64,000 nucleotides of DNA from Daphnia carinata (taxonomy: Eukaryota), in the NCBI RefSeq assembly GCF_022539665.2, contig NC_081331.1, forward strand, positions 7,254,001 through 7,318,000, written 5' to 3'. Positions 34,846 through 49,300 of this stretch are shown piece by piece. The translations under genes and the position numbers were made by a program. Below the pieces are notes generated by a model. It saw only the letters and a program-made list of their open reading frames with translations. It was not told where the DNA came from and made no database searches. The number at the start of each line of letters is the position of its first letter. The first letter of the stretch is position 1.

Positions 34846-35209
34846 TTTCCATTAAGACTTACAAAAGTTTCGAATCGTGACCGCTAATGGCGTTGTTATT
34901 AGTATGCATTTTGTAAACTAGATGGCGTGCTGTCATGAAACATTACACTTATTTTCAATTTTGCTTGTGATAGCGTTATACTTAACTCTAGTATTAACGT
35001 TTTCCGTTCATGACTTATCAGACTGTTCCTAAAAAGATACTGTGAGCTCTTCTACTTTTGAAATTCCTGGCGGATTTGTCAGAAATTTCGAAATAGGTGT
35101 AAAAATACCGTGAACGTGCTGTTCTCGTGTGAATTTTGGTTCTTACCAATTTAAGTTCTGAAACAATAATTCTACGTTCTGGCAATAGAACAACCACCCT
35201 AAACAGAAT

Positions 35210-36080
35210 ATGAATGAAAATTTGGAAAATTGTTCTTCATCTGTTTTGCCCAACTTAAGCCAAAGAGCTGAAAAAAAACTATCTCTAGCAAAAGCCCTCA
35301 AATTGGAGGGAAACAATTGTTTCAGACAACAAAATCTAAAGGAAGCTATTCGACATTACCACAGGTTTTTTCCATTGTGCTCTTATACATTTGCTCTGAC
35401 TGCCTTTCAAAGCCCACTTTTAGAAAGCTATGAAACCTATTCATAAACCTGGGATCCTCGATTTTTGTAAACAGAGCCTTGCTGTATGTAAAAGGTGTGG
35501 AAAACGATGGATCTAGTGTGTTAAGAGAGTTGGGTGCTACATTTACCAAACCGGGTAATGGAAAAGGCTTTGAAGAGAAAATTGACCCTGTTGTCTTAAA
35601 GCAGAACACAGAGTTGAAGATAGATTGCTATAATAATTTGTCTGGTAAAACAATTAATTATTAATTTTTACACTATTGCTAATTGATTTTATACATGCAG
35701 CATGTTTGCTGAAGAATGAAAAACCTGATTATGAGAAAGTAGTGTTCTACTGCAAAGAAGTGATGAAATGCTCTCGTGAAAATCCAAAAACACACTTCAG
35801 AATGGCACTAGCACTTTTTGAACTTGGAGACTTTAATGCAGCTTTGGAATCTTGTAATGAAGCACTGCGATGTGGGCCTTCACAAGGTAATTCAAATGAA
35901 TTGGTAAACATAGAAATAACTTGGTTATCCTAGTTACTTCAAATTTTGTGTTTTTATACGTACAACAACTTTTGCTTAGATTCAAAGATTACCAATCTCA
36001 AAACAAGGTGTCTGGCACAACTCACCAAACAAAATTGTGAAAACAAAATTATGTATGAAAAGATGCTGGGTTTCAAATGA
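35210..36080 (+). CDS. TTC9C: tetratricopeptide repeat protein 9C-like, 4 exons (~35210-35364, 35475-35644, 35701-35886, 35980-36080)
   Basis: LKLEGNNCF...AIRHYHRALL, DCYNNLSACLL...DYEKV, ENPKTHFRMALA, MYEKMLG; GT-AG introns keep the frame. Confidence 0.8.
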
Positions 36081-37031
36081 ACATATTTGAGCCTAAGATG
36101 AAAACTGAAATAAAAGAATGAATGATTCACATATTACCAGCCATTTTAAACACTTAACTTCAAGCATAGTTATATTTGTACTATTAATGAAAAATAATAA
36201 TATTTCATAACAATAGCAAGGCCGAGACCTTTAAGGTCTTCATGGCTGGATTGTAATCCCGCGAGATGAGTAAATATTTCACGGAAAAACACGTTCGCTT
36301 CTAGGTCTTTTCTCACGTAAACGGAAGTTACCAGACGGCTACGTGATTCAAACGCAATTGAAAGAACGAGATCTTCTAAAATCCACGATCTACAAACGTG
36401 ATGTTTTATTTACTTATTATTTCCTCCATTTTCATTCATCATCGTCAACACAAAGCTTGATTTTCCCCTAGCATAATGAAATGAATAGGTATCGAGTTCA
36501 GAAGAATAGAATTGAACTAAACATTTTGCAAAAATCCTCTAGCTATTTCATTTCCTGCACTTACCTGACATTTCATCGTGAGCTATGTTGTAAAACAATA
36601 TTTACTGGTTGTTGAGCTCTCGTGCAAAAAAAAAATATATCTCTACCTTTAATTGGTTGAATTAGTTTTGTTGCGTACTTTTGTTAGCCTATATTTACTG
36701 GGACACTGTGAACCGAGGTTCGTTGCTTTCTATGCCTGAAAAAAAAAGGTTCCGTTTAACACGCTAAATAACTATCCTTTTTTGCCGGGTGCTTCAGTTA
36801 CAGATTTAAAAGTATTTGTTGTCAGAGTACTGCTCTATCCTGCATATCCAACAATTCGGAATGAGATCTGTTGTAAGTTCAGTTACAATAATATTTCCGT
36901 TAATTCTATGGTGCCTTTCTTTTAATTATTTGTTATCTTTAATGTAGCTGTTTGTGATTCTCTTTACTATTATTTTATTACTTAACATTCGTTTCGGTAT
37001 TTCTGCTTTTTCTGAAGTTCTGGTTTTGATC

Positions 37032-38102
37032 ATGGTAGCGGCTGTAACGGAACAAAAATTTGCAACCTCACCGCCTGTTTCCATTGATTTGTCTAAAGCA
37101 ACAACCTGCGCCGCTTCGAACGCCACTTCTGTGTCTTGCAACCGTCTTCATCGCCTTACGCAGGCAGCTAACGAGGTAAGAGTCTACTCGCACATAATAT
37201 GGTAAATAATAGGCTGTAATAGGATCGTTCAGTAGTCGTAGTAAAAAAAACGAATAAAAATACAGATGGCAGAGAACAAAGTTGCAGAAATGACAAAGAC
37301 TTTTGACAAAGCTACGGAAATGCTGAATGCTTTAAATCAAACACTACAATTCGTTTACGAGTATAAAGCGATGCTTGCCGGAATTTAAATTTTTTTGAAA
37401 ATCAAACACCTAGATCTTAGATCTGATGAATCTAAACAAAGTAGATAGAGAAGTTCAGCAGATGAAAATGATGGACGAAGAAGTTAGATAAAATACCACA
37501 AAATGCTGGCATTAGAACCCGAGCCGAAAGACTTAGACAACGCTAGAAAACAATTCAAATTTGGATGACCAACATCAGCAGCATCAAACTATGCTCGATT
37601 CCCAGCATATTTTTTTTTTGCCCAGCGAACAACTAGCTACATTCAAAGGAATAATATAAATAATTATCAAATAAATTAGCTTAATCAAGGAGGAGCATAT
37701 AACAAGACATCAGGATTATTTACTGTGCCAGTAAATGGTTTATATTACTTCTTCTTTGCTGGTACCAGTTTTATTTATCAATAGAGGGTAGCCAATGCAA
37801 GTAAAATTTTACCGTTTTTTTTTGTTTAGCATTAAAAACAAAGCAGGGTCTTTCTGGAACGAGCCGTTTAACAGTTCAAATCGCTCGAACAAGTCCATCC
37901 TTTCGGAGATTGGCAAAAGGTCATATAGACTCAGGTGATTGGAATGGATGGTATTCAGCGCAAGTTAAGGCAATAGCTAATCTGATGGTAAACGACCGAA
38001 TTGGCGTCCAAATACTCGGGGGTTTCTATCTACGAAAGTGGCATTTCAGGTCATGTTACGGCAACTTTTGGTGGATTCTCGTTTTCTAGCACACTTTCCT
38101 AA
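37032..38102 (+). pseudogene. C1q-domain protein, probably pseudogene
   Basis: Hydrophobic leader, helical exon, then LNQGGAYNKTSGLFTVPVNGLYYFFF and LMVNDRIGVQ...ATFGGF C1q motifs; in-frame stops and frameshifts. Confidence 0.65.
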
Positions 38103-39348
38103 TTTCAAACGAAATACAAGAGTTTATTCGGGTGTGAGGGAAATACATCAATTGTGTCATTACAAACACATATATAAACTTATCTAAGACTAAAATCCCC
38201 AAAATAATAAGTAAACAAGAAACTATAAAAACAAAATATAACACGCAAAAAAAAAGTTTGAACAATCAACAGCTGAAGAAACGGTAATCTATTACTATTG
38301 GTGCGACGGCAGAACTGATCGAAGTTGTGGAGTAAGTCATTTCTCTCTGTGGTGGTCGCGTTCTGCAGGTCTGCAAAGTTGGTTACTTCCAGGAAACAAA
38401 CATTGGAATCCAAGTCGTGTTGTTCGTCAATATAGGATTGGGAACTGCATTACCCCAGGCTACATTCTTTACACTTGAGAACAACGCCCGATGGTTTTAG
38501 CCATTTTTTTTAAAGCGAAAGAACTTCTTGGATTAATGATACCTAACACAATTGGCAACAAATGTAGGGAAAAGTAATGGAAACGTCAGTAGAGAATAAC
38601 TATAAGACAACCCCCGAATAGATCCTATTTCAATTGCTACGTTTTTCCGTGCGACTGGGTTAAATGTCACACACACCGGTAACTTTCTTCCGGAAGCGAT
38701 GGCATAACATAGACAATCGTAAGAGAACGAGAGGCGCAAGGTAAGTGGGGGGGAGGAGGAGGAATTTCACCAAGCCTATTCGCGTTTCCTTTCCTCTTTT
38801 GTTGATCGACTGAACGTCGTCGAAACGCATTCCGAGGGAGTTCTTTGTTTTTCATATCAAGAAGCTTTTGAACCCATTGCTATTTTCAAACAAACGATAA
38901 TTCCTATAATGAGTTGCCATAGGGCTGTTTCTAAGGCTTAGCCAACTTTAGGTAAAGTATCCATAAGTTTGTACTATGTGCTTCTTCAACTATAAACTAT
39001 AAGTTCTTTATGTGCTCAAGGTCTGCCTAATCCGTTCGGCAATAAAACGATAAGATGTTTATCGTAGTACTGCAGTAGCCCTGCATGACCTTGTTACCGA
39101 CAAGGTTAAAAATGGCCCACAGCCTAGAAAGGGGATCTGACCCAATGTTTATATGGAACTCGTCTCAATGTGAAAAGGAACGTTGTTGTGGAGAGAACAC
39201 TTCGCCAGTAGGTCTCATTTTGAACAACAAGCCGTCGAAGTGACCGAATATTCTAAACAACGCGAACATTTCCCAAGAAAGGGATAGCAAAATCAGCTCG
39301 AGTAGTCATAAGAAAACTGTGAAAGATCAACATTAAAATTTGTTTGTC

Positions 39349-40517
39349 ATGGAAAACGAATCGGAAGCTGTAAACATAGTGGCCATGGGTGATCCCATGT
39401 CAATGGACTATGGAGTTCTTATTGCCATAAATTCGACCGTGAGTAGCAACTGTACTAGTCGTTTCAAAAACGGTTGCAGTTCTCGTGAAAAACTACATTT
39501 CCGCTTCTGGCCAGGTACAAATCTTCAATATCCTATAAGTATAGAGTTGCCTGTAACGTTTTTACAGGCGCAGTGTCGAAATAAAATATGCTATTTTCAT
39601 AACGCAATGTGACCCGAAATGCGTCATTTGATCACTGTGCGTAATCGTTGCTAAAAATAATCTGTTTTGACTTAAGGTGGAGGTTTGCATTAAAAACGAG
39701 AGTGCATAGTACAGCACTTTGACAGTTTGAAAATTGGTACTTTTTTTATGAATGCAATTAATTAAATATATTACCATAAAACAAATTACCAAAAATGTTT
39801 TTATGTCATCAGCAGTCACTTATCAAAATTCCTAACCATCACCTTAATGTTGCAGGCGAAATTAACCCATCACAGACGTCCCAAGGATTGATGGCTTTAA
39901 CCGTTATGCTGCTTCTGCTCTGCTTAATTATTACGTACTGCTGCTGGGGAACCTGTTGTAAGCTGATTAAACGGAGATCTACAAATAGGAGAAGTAGAAG
40001 TCAAATATCTTTTGATTCAAGCATCTCCTGTGCCTCGGATCCGAGGCTAATGATGATGTGGTCTCTGCATCATCGTCGTGAAATGTGTGCACATCATCCA
40101 GAGACAACGGTTGCTTTAGATCAGCATCGTAATCACGTTTTGGTTAAACCAAGACCACTGCGACCAGACGTTCCTCCGCCTCCTTATGATGCTCTTTTTG
40201 GTCAAGAAATTAGCTACGCTCCTCCGACGTACAGCTCACTGGCATTGGATCAAGCCCTGTCCCCAGCTAGTTTACGTCCGCAAGAAACCTGTGAATCGTC
40301 GGTTTCCTCTATCCCGGTCGTCACTGTGCGCATAGAAAGGGAAGCTGAGATACCAGATGCATCGGGAGACGTTAATCGGGGTAGCTCTTTTGCTAGAAGT
40401 CAAAGCGTACCTGCCATTAGCAACAACCCATCTCAGAATAAGCCTTTTGGAATTATCTTTAGGATTGGAAACGATGATAGTGGAACGTTTGAAGACGACC
40501 ACGAAGTAGCGAACTGA
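39349..40517 (+). CDS. single-pass membrane protein with PPxY motifs (Nedd4-adaptor-like), exons ~39349-39512 and 39856-40517
   Basis: Phase-1 GT-AG intron joins the frames; TM LMALTVMLLLLCLIITYCCWG; cytoplasmic PPPPY and PPTY. Confidence 0.65.
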
Positions 40518-41012
40518 AGATGATTGACAATTGCTGATTTTAACTATTATCTATTTTTAACTATTCCCGTTTTGCTATCGTGTTCTTATAATTGGTCATT
40601 AACTTCGACTTGGCTGTTTACGGCTACGAATGCTTATTCAAGCTATTGTATAACTGTTGAACTGTGTTGTGTTTAATATACTAAAGAATATCCTTTCAAA
40701 AACCAAATCCGAAACATAGTTCCATCCTTTAATAATCATAGGCTTATGGCAGTATTAGTAAGAACATGGATATGGCAATATATCATATCAGTATTACGAA
40801 TAGCCCATATTAATTGACCGGTTAACAGGATCTGTAATGGTCTGCGGGGGGCTTAAAAAAGAAAGTTAAATCAGAAGATTTGTAGTCGTCGGATGTTGTC
40901 GGAGCATAACCATAGATCATTCATATCGTCGTCGTCATAGACTGCATAGAAAAGTGATATTTTTTACAATCATGCATCAGTCAAAATGTGTATGAATGTT
41001 TCACAAATGCGT

Positions 41013-42050
41013 TTATACATCTTCCGAATCACTACTTTCTTGTTTATCCCAATCTCGCATAGACACTTCGGGCATGAAATCGTCACGCAGTACGCTCCAT
41101 GTTGCCTCTTCCTGCTTTACGTTGGTGGGACGTTCAGTTTTTACCTAAAGTTGGACATCAAGGATTTGTTTATAACTAACAAGTCTGAAATGTTTACTAC
41201 CTCTGCTTTGACACGTTTCCCGCCTTTTAAAAGTTCAAAAAAATCCTCTTTGTTTAGAGATTTCAATGCTTTTTCGCGCTTGCGCTCTAATGGCCCCGCT
41301 TCCTTTAATTTGTCTTGGATGGTTTTCTGCTGAATTTTAACGGAATTGAACAACTGTACAACACCCCTAGTTGAAACAAACATTTTAATTACCATTTGTT
41401 ACCGTGAACAACACCTGTAAAGACACTCATGTTTGATTTGCACCTGAATTGGAAAATTTCATACCTGGTTGCTATTTTTGATAAAATTCTTTCTCTTTCT
41501 CTATCCTCAGTGACAGATGGCATAACTCTTCCAATAAGATCCCATTCTTTTCTTCTTTGTCTGCGTAGCATTTTTTCAAGATGAGCACTTCGCCTCACAA
41601 CATCAGGATCCTCGTTTTTGGTAACATTTTCTTTTTTTGCTTCTTCAACCTCAAATGATAAAGTCTTTTCCTGTTGAGCTGAGATGATCTTCATTATGTC
41701 TGCATCTTTTTTGGCTTTCGATAGAATGACAGACTTTTTCGTTTTTGGTTTGGAAGACTTAAGCACTTTAGACATGGCATCCGCCCAACCAAAATTCCCA
41801 TATACAACGTTTTTTTCATCTTGAGATGCAACTTCTTTTTCATTGGAATCAGAATCAGAATCAGAATCAGAATTGCTTCCTTTTGTGTAAGAATCACCAT
41901 CGTCCGACGCGCTTGCCTCTTGTCCGCTTTCTAGGTCATCATATTCTTCGTCGGAATTAAGCAGATCGTCGCAATCTACAGGAAATATTCTGCTAAATAT
42001 AATCACATACAATCGACAAATAAAATAATTGTTTTACCAATGGATTCCAT
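41013..42050 (-). CDS. RRP15: RRP15-like ribosomal RNA processing protein, 4 exons
   Basis: GWADAMSKVL, ERERILSKIATRGVVQLFNSV, WSVLRDDFM...RDWDK; acidic N-terminus; short introns. Confidence 0.88.
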
Positions 42051-42999
42051 ATTTTGTACGTTGTAATTCCCCACGTGAGTAGCAGTCTACTTACTTGAAA
42101 CAGCAGACAACAAATTTTGGCATTGCGGTATTCCATCTTAGTTCAATTGTTAATCGCCAGATGGCGTATGTGCCAGCGTTAAATCATTTAAAATATATGT
42201 TTACCTTAAATTTTGAAATATCATTGAAAAGTTTACATAATATTATACGAAATAAAGTAAAATAGCTATTTTCAACTATAAGTTATGTACATTTCTACTT
42301 CTATCAACCACAAACTCCATGTGTTGTACGGAATGATGGGCAATTACGCCGTATTTTATTTAAAAAGCCTTAGCCTAATACCGCACAAATCAAGGTGTAG
42401 AAATAGAAAATGTTTCTTGAAAGTCTTGAGCAAATACATGCTTAATCAACGAAAACAAATTTTTCATAGAAAGCTCCTTGCTTAGAGTTAGTAGCCATAA
42501 CTTCAAGTTAATTGTTATTTCTTCAAACAATATTTCTGTTTCTATTGACCGCATTACAAGAAGACGAACAAAATCACCCATTCGTAACCCATCATAAATA
42601 TTGAAATAAATCATACACAAGAGAAATTTCTGTATCATCATGAAAAACACATAACTTTAAATCTACTGGACTAGCTTTTTTTCTTTTTTTTTTTCCTTTT
42701 TTGTTTAATTTACTATTATTATTATTTAAAGAAAGAAAGGTATTGTGATCGTGATCTCCCTACGGAAATAGTCGAGAATACTTTTGAATTGATTTTCCGA
42801 GAACAATCACATCCTACGTTTCTTGTTAGTACAACACGGCTTGTAAGCCTGTTTCTGTGAATACGACATATCTTCGATTCATACTGTGTAGCCGATGCAG
42901 TCATCGCAAATGGTCGTGCATTGACAACGGGTCTTTCATGTATAAGCTGCACTCTTATTGGTGTGTTGATTTGCTGAAAGGCTAGAGCCGAAGATGGCG

Positions 43000-45900
43000 A
43001 ATTAGAGCGACCGTAATTGCACGACAGGTAAAAATAACAGACAGCCTTAAAATAACTGCAAATAACGTGTAGTACGGCCAGAGATATACCAACTGGATGA
43101 CAACCGATCGACTTCATAAACTTTTGCCCCGTTCGAATGAAGTTATTGGTCGATGCTTTAGGAATGTATGATTTATTTTTATTTTTTTTTTTTTTTTGGA
43201 TTTGCTTATCCTTGCACCCATTGCATGCCGTGGATATCACGCATTCACCATTGGATGCCAATAGACGCATTCGTATACATTATACCGGAGCTGTTGATGG
43301 ACTCGGAGACCAACGAATTTTTATTTTCCGTTTTGAGGGGAGCAGGAGGCGGGAGGAGATGCATGTGAAGGGCTAGAATAGAAAATGACGAAGAAAGGGT
43401 CTCAGCAGGACATGGAGATTGAGAGGAGAATTATTGAATTCCCCTTCTGTTCTCCCCGTGCTCTCCCTGAGGGACGCAGGACGCTGTTCTGCGGACGAAA
43501 CGTGTCGAATAGAATAGGGATGGATTTCACGTATGGACTCACTATGCATGTATACACGTGATGGAGAGTTTTTCGTTTCTTTTTTTTTTTTTTTTAGTTC
43601 TGTCCCTCATACTTTTTTTTTTTTTTGATTCTCATGCAAAATGGCAACCCTCCTCCGTATTTTATTGAGCTCTACCCAGATCTGATTTCCCCCTCTCCGG
43701 TACTGTACCCGTTCAGCCTCGATGATGATTCTGTCCTGCTCGCATTTTATTCCGCTCTGGCCAAATTCAATTGAACATGTTCTTTGGCTTTTTTTGTACG
43801 TACATACGTTATATTTCTATTTCTTTCCTTATTTTCCCCTGACGAATTCTATTTGATTATTACAGTCCTGTCCGCAAACGAAATCGCCACTGATGGCTGT
43901 TTGACTAGGCATCTGTTTTTTTTTACCCGGCCTGCCACCTCTTTTCTCGGTTTCATCTATTCACTTTTGAATTGTTCAATGATAGATTTGTAAGGCTGGC
44001 AGAGGGGTTGGCGGTGTGCCGCATCCTTGATGGATCGTGAGTTCCAAGGGAACAATTGTTTTGACGCACTGGTCTCCATTTTTGATGTTTCTATTACATC
44101 TGTGTACAGTAATGCTGTATTGCGAGTTACAGGAAAGAACAATGAAAAAACAAACAAGAATGCACAAGGTATTAAGAAATTTCAGGTCAAGTACGTGAAA
44201 GATGGAAGAATTCTTTTGGCAATTACAACCAGGCTGCTAGAGTTCGCAAGGTCTTAAAATAGGTGCCTTTTCGTTTAAATGATGCAATGATGGAACACAC
44301 ACGACGTTTTGGCCCTGCTCGTTTTTGTCTTCTTTCGTTTTTTTTCCTCTTTTTCAGTTATGGTTTGTTTACTGCGCTCCTAATCATCGATGAATCGATA
44401 AATTAGCAAATAATTCAACGATGACGTTTAGTGGGTTCTGCGAAATCCTACGTTTGATATCGCACACGATCGTCAGCTATGAAACAATGAATACATCATT
44501 CGCGTAACTATTGCGATGCCGGTCCAATAGATCCCGCATTCTGAAAGAAACGCATACAGTGTGTTTAAAGACAAACGTGGAAAGACAAAGATAATCCGAC
44601 GCTTGATTGTATGAAATTGTTATTATTCGAATCATTTCAAGCTTTCTTTTTGTTTGTTTTTTTTTGTTTTTTTTGTTTCGTTGACGGATCCCTTGAAATA
44701 AAGGAAGAGCACCTGATTGCATGGGGTGGCCGCCGTTGTTATCTGCATGCTAAAAAGATATAAGATCGTGTAATGGGCCAGACAATAGACGGTTGGTGTC
44801 TTACCCTCGGTGCATGTTTCAATCTCGACCGTAGCAAAATATACTGCGAGGAGGATTGTGCAATTATAGCGTAACAACCCGATCATTATGTCAAACGCTA
44901 ACTTCCCTCCTCCGCTTCATGGGCGAACATGCAGTGTCTGTTGTGTACCGAACAACAACTAGGCAGATCTACTCTCTTTTTTGTTTTCTTCATCCTTCCT
45001 CCACTTTCGTCCTCGCCCCCTCGTGTGCGGCATAATAGCTAGCTATATTCGTCCTTACCTGGACTGCACTCGGTTCGTGTTTAATGCTCGTAACAGACGT
45101 ACACTTCATATGTTCGTCATCAACAGATATTATAGCATCAACTTGCATGTCCGTGACTTCCCCGATGCACGGAGTGTCCGGGCTTCGTTCTGGCCTCCAC
45201 ATAATTTATCAACAAAGTCCAAAATGAAGATCAGTTCATTATCTTATCGTTGTTTCATAATTGCGTAATGCACATCTTGTATTTCGTCTTCGAGTCTCAT
45301 TTTTGGTGGTTGGCTTTCCGTTATTATTATTATTCTTTTTTTAGGGGGGGGGGGGGAAGGTCTTTATTAATGAAAGGAAGTGCCTACGAGCTATTAGGAT
45401 AAATCTGATGTCGAAATAGGAAAAAAAAAATAGAGAAACGAACTCGTAAAACTGGTCGAGGAGAAACAAAGAAGAGATAAAAAAAAAAAGAAGAAAAAAG
45501 GTTAGATAAAAACAGCTTGATTGTAAAGTGCTGGCACGTATTACTACTATTTCCCTCCAAAAATAAACGAGTGTGAGAGGACGGAAGGAAGGGAAAAAAA
45601 AAGATAATAATAATACTAAGAATATCAAAGAAAAGATGGAAAATAAATATAATCCGCTACTTCCGTCTACTGTCATCCTCGGATCGGTAGTCAGTCGAAG
45701 AGGGGTTGTGTTACGTCAAATATGTGCGGGATTAGCGATGGGGAAGGGCCAGTAAAGCGGACTGCGACAATCAGTCGATGGATTTTTGCTTACATACGCC
45801 AGGGCAATAATATGAACGGATACAGCAGCTTTGCATTTTATGTCTTTTGCTTGGAGCACACACACCACGGGTGTTGATTGGGAGGCAAGCCACAATCCAA

Positions 45901-46300
45901 TGCAGCGCTCCGGTTAGCCTTTAAGACGGTGCCATTTCTTGCCAGTGAGTAATTACGTAACCAAGTTGACCGTCTAGATTGGCTGCCTGATCCATTGGAT
46001 TGAATTTGGCTCTATAGGGCATTGCGGTTCTATACTTGTCTCCTCCATTACATCGGATGGGTTTTGTATAGAACAATTTTAGTTGCGTTGGAGCCGGTCA
46101 TATTCTGTGGCAAGTAGCGGCATCATGTCGAAGATTGGCCCTTCACCAAAGGAGGCTGTAATAATAACTAATAACTGGGGTCGCAACTCGCACAGCAGAC
46201 ACGAGAGTCTCAAAGCGAGCCGATGCTAATAAGCTCTATTGCGGCTGTCGTATTTAACGGTCAACTCGGCTGCTCGATACAGTGTTGTAACATGTACTCG

Positions 46301-46336
<36 letters not shown>

Positions 46337-49300
46337 TGCAGCACGGCTCTTTGCCTTTTTTTCTCATTACTAAAGCTCTCCCCCGTTAGACCCCTGGATT
46401 TGGAGGGCACTTATTGCCGTTGTCTGCCGTATATTCGGGCGCTTATTATTATTAACTTGGTGAGTAGACACGCCGCCAGCCACGGCTATGTCTTTCAAAG
46501 TCCCCCAGTAGTTCATCATAAAAAAAAAATGTCTTAAAAAAAAAAAAGGAAAGGGGGGAGAGAAAGTAAAACGGAGAAAGAAAAAGATGTTTATGAAAGG
46601 CAATCGTTGTAAACGACGTAAGGAAATCCATCGGCTATGTATAGTCATAGTGTGGCAAAGCCGCGTAGTTAAGAACCATATTGTGATTGATTGGTTGAAT
46701 TTATTCAAACATTCTCTTTTCTTTTTTCCTGCTTGATTTCTTTCCCTCGTTTTTTATACATTTTTTTTTCTTTTAGGTCTTACATTGGACAGAAAAGATA
46801 ACTGTGAAGGGGAAAAAAAAATGAGAGGAGAAGAACAACCATCACTTGGTGTTCTCTTTTCACTCGATGGAGAGGAAGAACAAGGCCCGGTAATATGAAG
46901 AGGAGCTACCAAATGTCATATTTGTCGGTGAAGGAATTGAAAAAAAAAAAAAAAGAGAGAGAAAGAACTCTCTGACCTATACCGAGCCATACTATATATT
47001 AAATTTTTTTTTTTTGTCATTTTCTCTTTACAAGCAGATAACTGGGGAGCTTTCGTTTTCATCTCTCGCTTTCGAACTGTAAGTTGCGGCTGTGCAGTAC
47101 CCGCAGTCAGCAGCTGGCTATTGGCCTTTGGTCAGAGTGACTCCGTTTGCTAGACATCATTCAACGATGTACTCCCCTCTCCATCATTCCAAACGTTTTC
47201 ACATGCAATCCTCTTTGACTTGTCTACCGTTTTTATTTTTCGTCAACATTGACCCTTTCTCATTTCTTTTGGCTTTTTACCTCCTCCCCCCAGATAGTCC
47301 GACTTAGAATTCAATTAAAGCTCTCCCGTCATGATTATGTATAAAATGCTAAGCCTTTCTACTTTAAAGGTTGTTTTATTTATTTCTCAAAATATATACA
47401 GTATATACTGTACACTGTACGTAAAATGTGTTGCCTCTAAATGTCCAGCTGCTTGTTGACGTGGGATACATTGATCATCTTCTAACAACTGGACAGTTGG
47501 TTATTTGACGCAATTTGGGTAACGCGTTGTTTTCTCAGCAGTTAGTCAGGCCGGCATCTGATTTCCTTTTTGCTGTGCTGTTTACTTTTTTTGGGGGGGT
47601 TTTCCTCGTCATCTAGCTGATAGGGTGGACGGCTACTGACGACTACTTCGTTCTTCGGTTGCCCGCCTCTCCCTATTTTTTTTTTTCTTCGCCCTCCATT
47701 TATCAAGTATCAAGGCGTTATGAGAACACAGAAAGGGACGTGTGTCCGTCCTCTCCGTCCACGGCGATACAAGACGAAACCTCTGGCAGAAGGGAAGAGC
47801 TCAGCTTTGAATGACCATCCACCGGTTGCTGGAACAGGAGGAAGTTTGTCATCGACGAGGATGCTTTTTCTCTTGGAATTGCGTAGAGTAAAATAAAAAT
47901 GAAAATCTTTTTTATTTATTTTTTTTTTTTTTTGTGCTCCCCTTCTCTTTTTTCTTTAGTCTCCTTTTGGTAGTCCCTAAAAAATAGGCGGGTCATTAAG
48001 GTCAGAGACGACGTGGAGGGGAGCGAAAGAGACGTAGCTAGAGAGAGAGAGAGAGAGAGGCAGCTGGTGGATGTTTCTCCAACATTTCGATGGCCAATGT
48101 GTGCGCATATACGTGTAGGTACTTCTCGCGTTTCTTGCTAAGGGAAACATATTTCTCTCCCCTCATAGCTCACATATATATCAAAAAAATTCCTGCCTAC
48201 TACTACTACTGCTATGCACCATATCTATATATATATATAGATGCAAACATGGATACATATCCATGCGTTATGCGCATTTTCTCATTTCTCTTGTTCATCT
48301 TTTTTTGAGGGGCTTTTTCGGACCAGGAGGTTTGACCGAGACGACCCCGCCTCTCCCACAGTTAAAAACGTATGAAAAAAAAAAAAAGGAAGAGGCTGAC
48401 GATGGGTTCGACGAAGCTGGGGGGGGGGGGGAATTCACCGACTAGCAAGAGTCATCTATATAGATTGTCGTATCGTTTTTGTATAGGTATTCCCCTTATT
48501 TCCCTTCTCCAGCGTTACTATAAAATTTTCAATTTCATATTCACTTTATTTTTGATATTTCTTAACAATCGATCCCCCTCTCTCTTCTGTTTGATAGTAA
48601 AAAGCTTTCATAATATAAAAACGGGGAAAAAAAAAAAAAAAAAAAGAAGTGACCATGTGTGAGCCCAAAGATGAAGGCGGGATTCTCACAATTGCGTGAC
48701 CTGTGTGAACGGAGACCGGTGTAGGGCGGGCCGTGGCTATTCTTCATCGGGATCTTCCCAGGTTCCCAACGATGGACTTTGGTCGAGGGGGTTAGGAAAA
48801 ATACATAGCCGATCATAACGCTAAAAACCCACATTGTATTCGAATTTCTTTTTCTTTTCCATTGCCTTTTGGCCTTTGCATTCCGGTCTGGTCAAACAGG
48901 GCCTTGTCAATTTTGATTCATAAATCGCTCATGACATTTGAACGGAAAGCCCCTCGCTTGTTTCGATTCGGAATACATTCGGTCACTTTTTTTTTTTTTT
49001 TTTTTCAAAACTCCATATTTTTCAACGGTTACTGGTATAAGGCAGTAGGCGTTGCTCTCTGTCGCTCAACAAGAAGAAGCAGAAAAAAAGGGTCACTTGA
49101 TGCTTTCTTGATTTTTCTTTTTAACACTGTCCATCTGACATAAACAGGCTAGCGATGGATCGTGTGCTGCTGTTTTCTTTCACTGGAGTTCAACCCACCT
49201 CCTTCGCTTTCTTGTTCCCTCTCTTTTTTTTTTTCATTCTTTCCGCAACATGCTGGAACACGCGCAGTCTGACTAACCAAGTCAGACGAATGTCTTTGAT

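Noticed and set aside
35210..36080. Nearby host TPR gene as donor of the TPR-like accessory ORF
   Set aside because: No specific similarity; it lacks the LDLDPxxRHPP..W motif, so proximity is probably coincidental.
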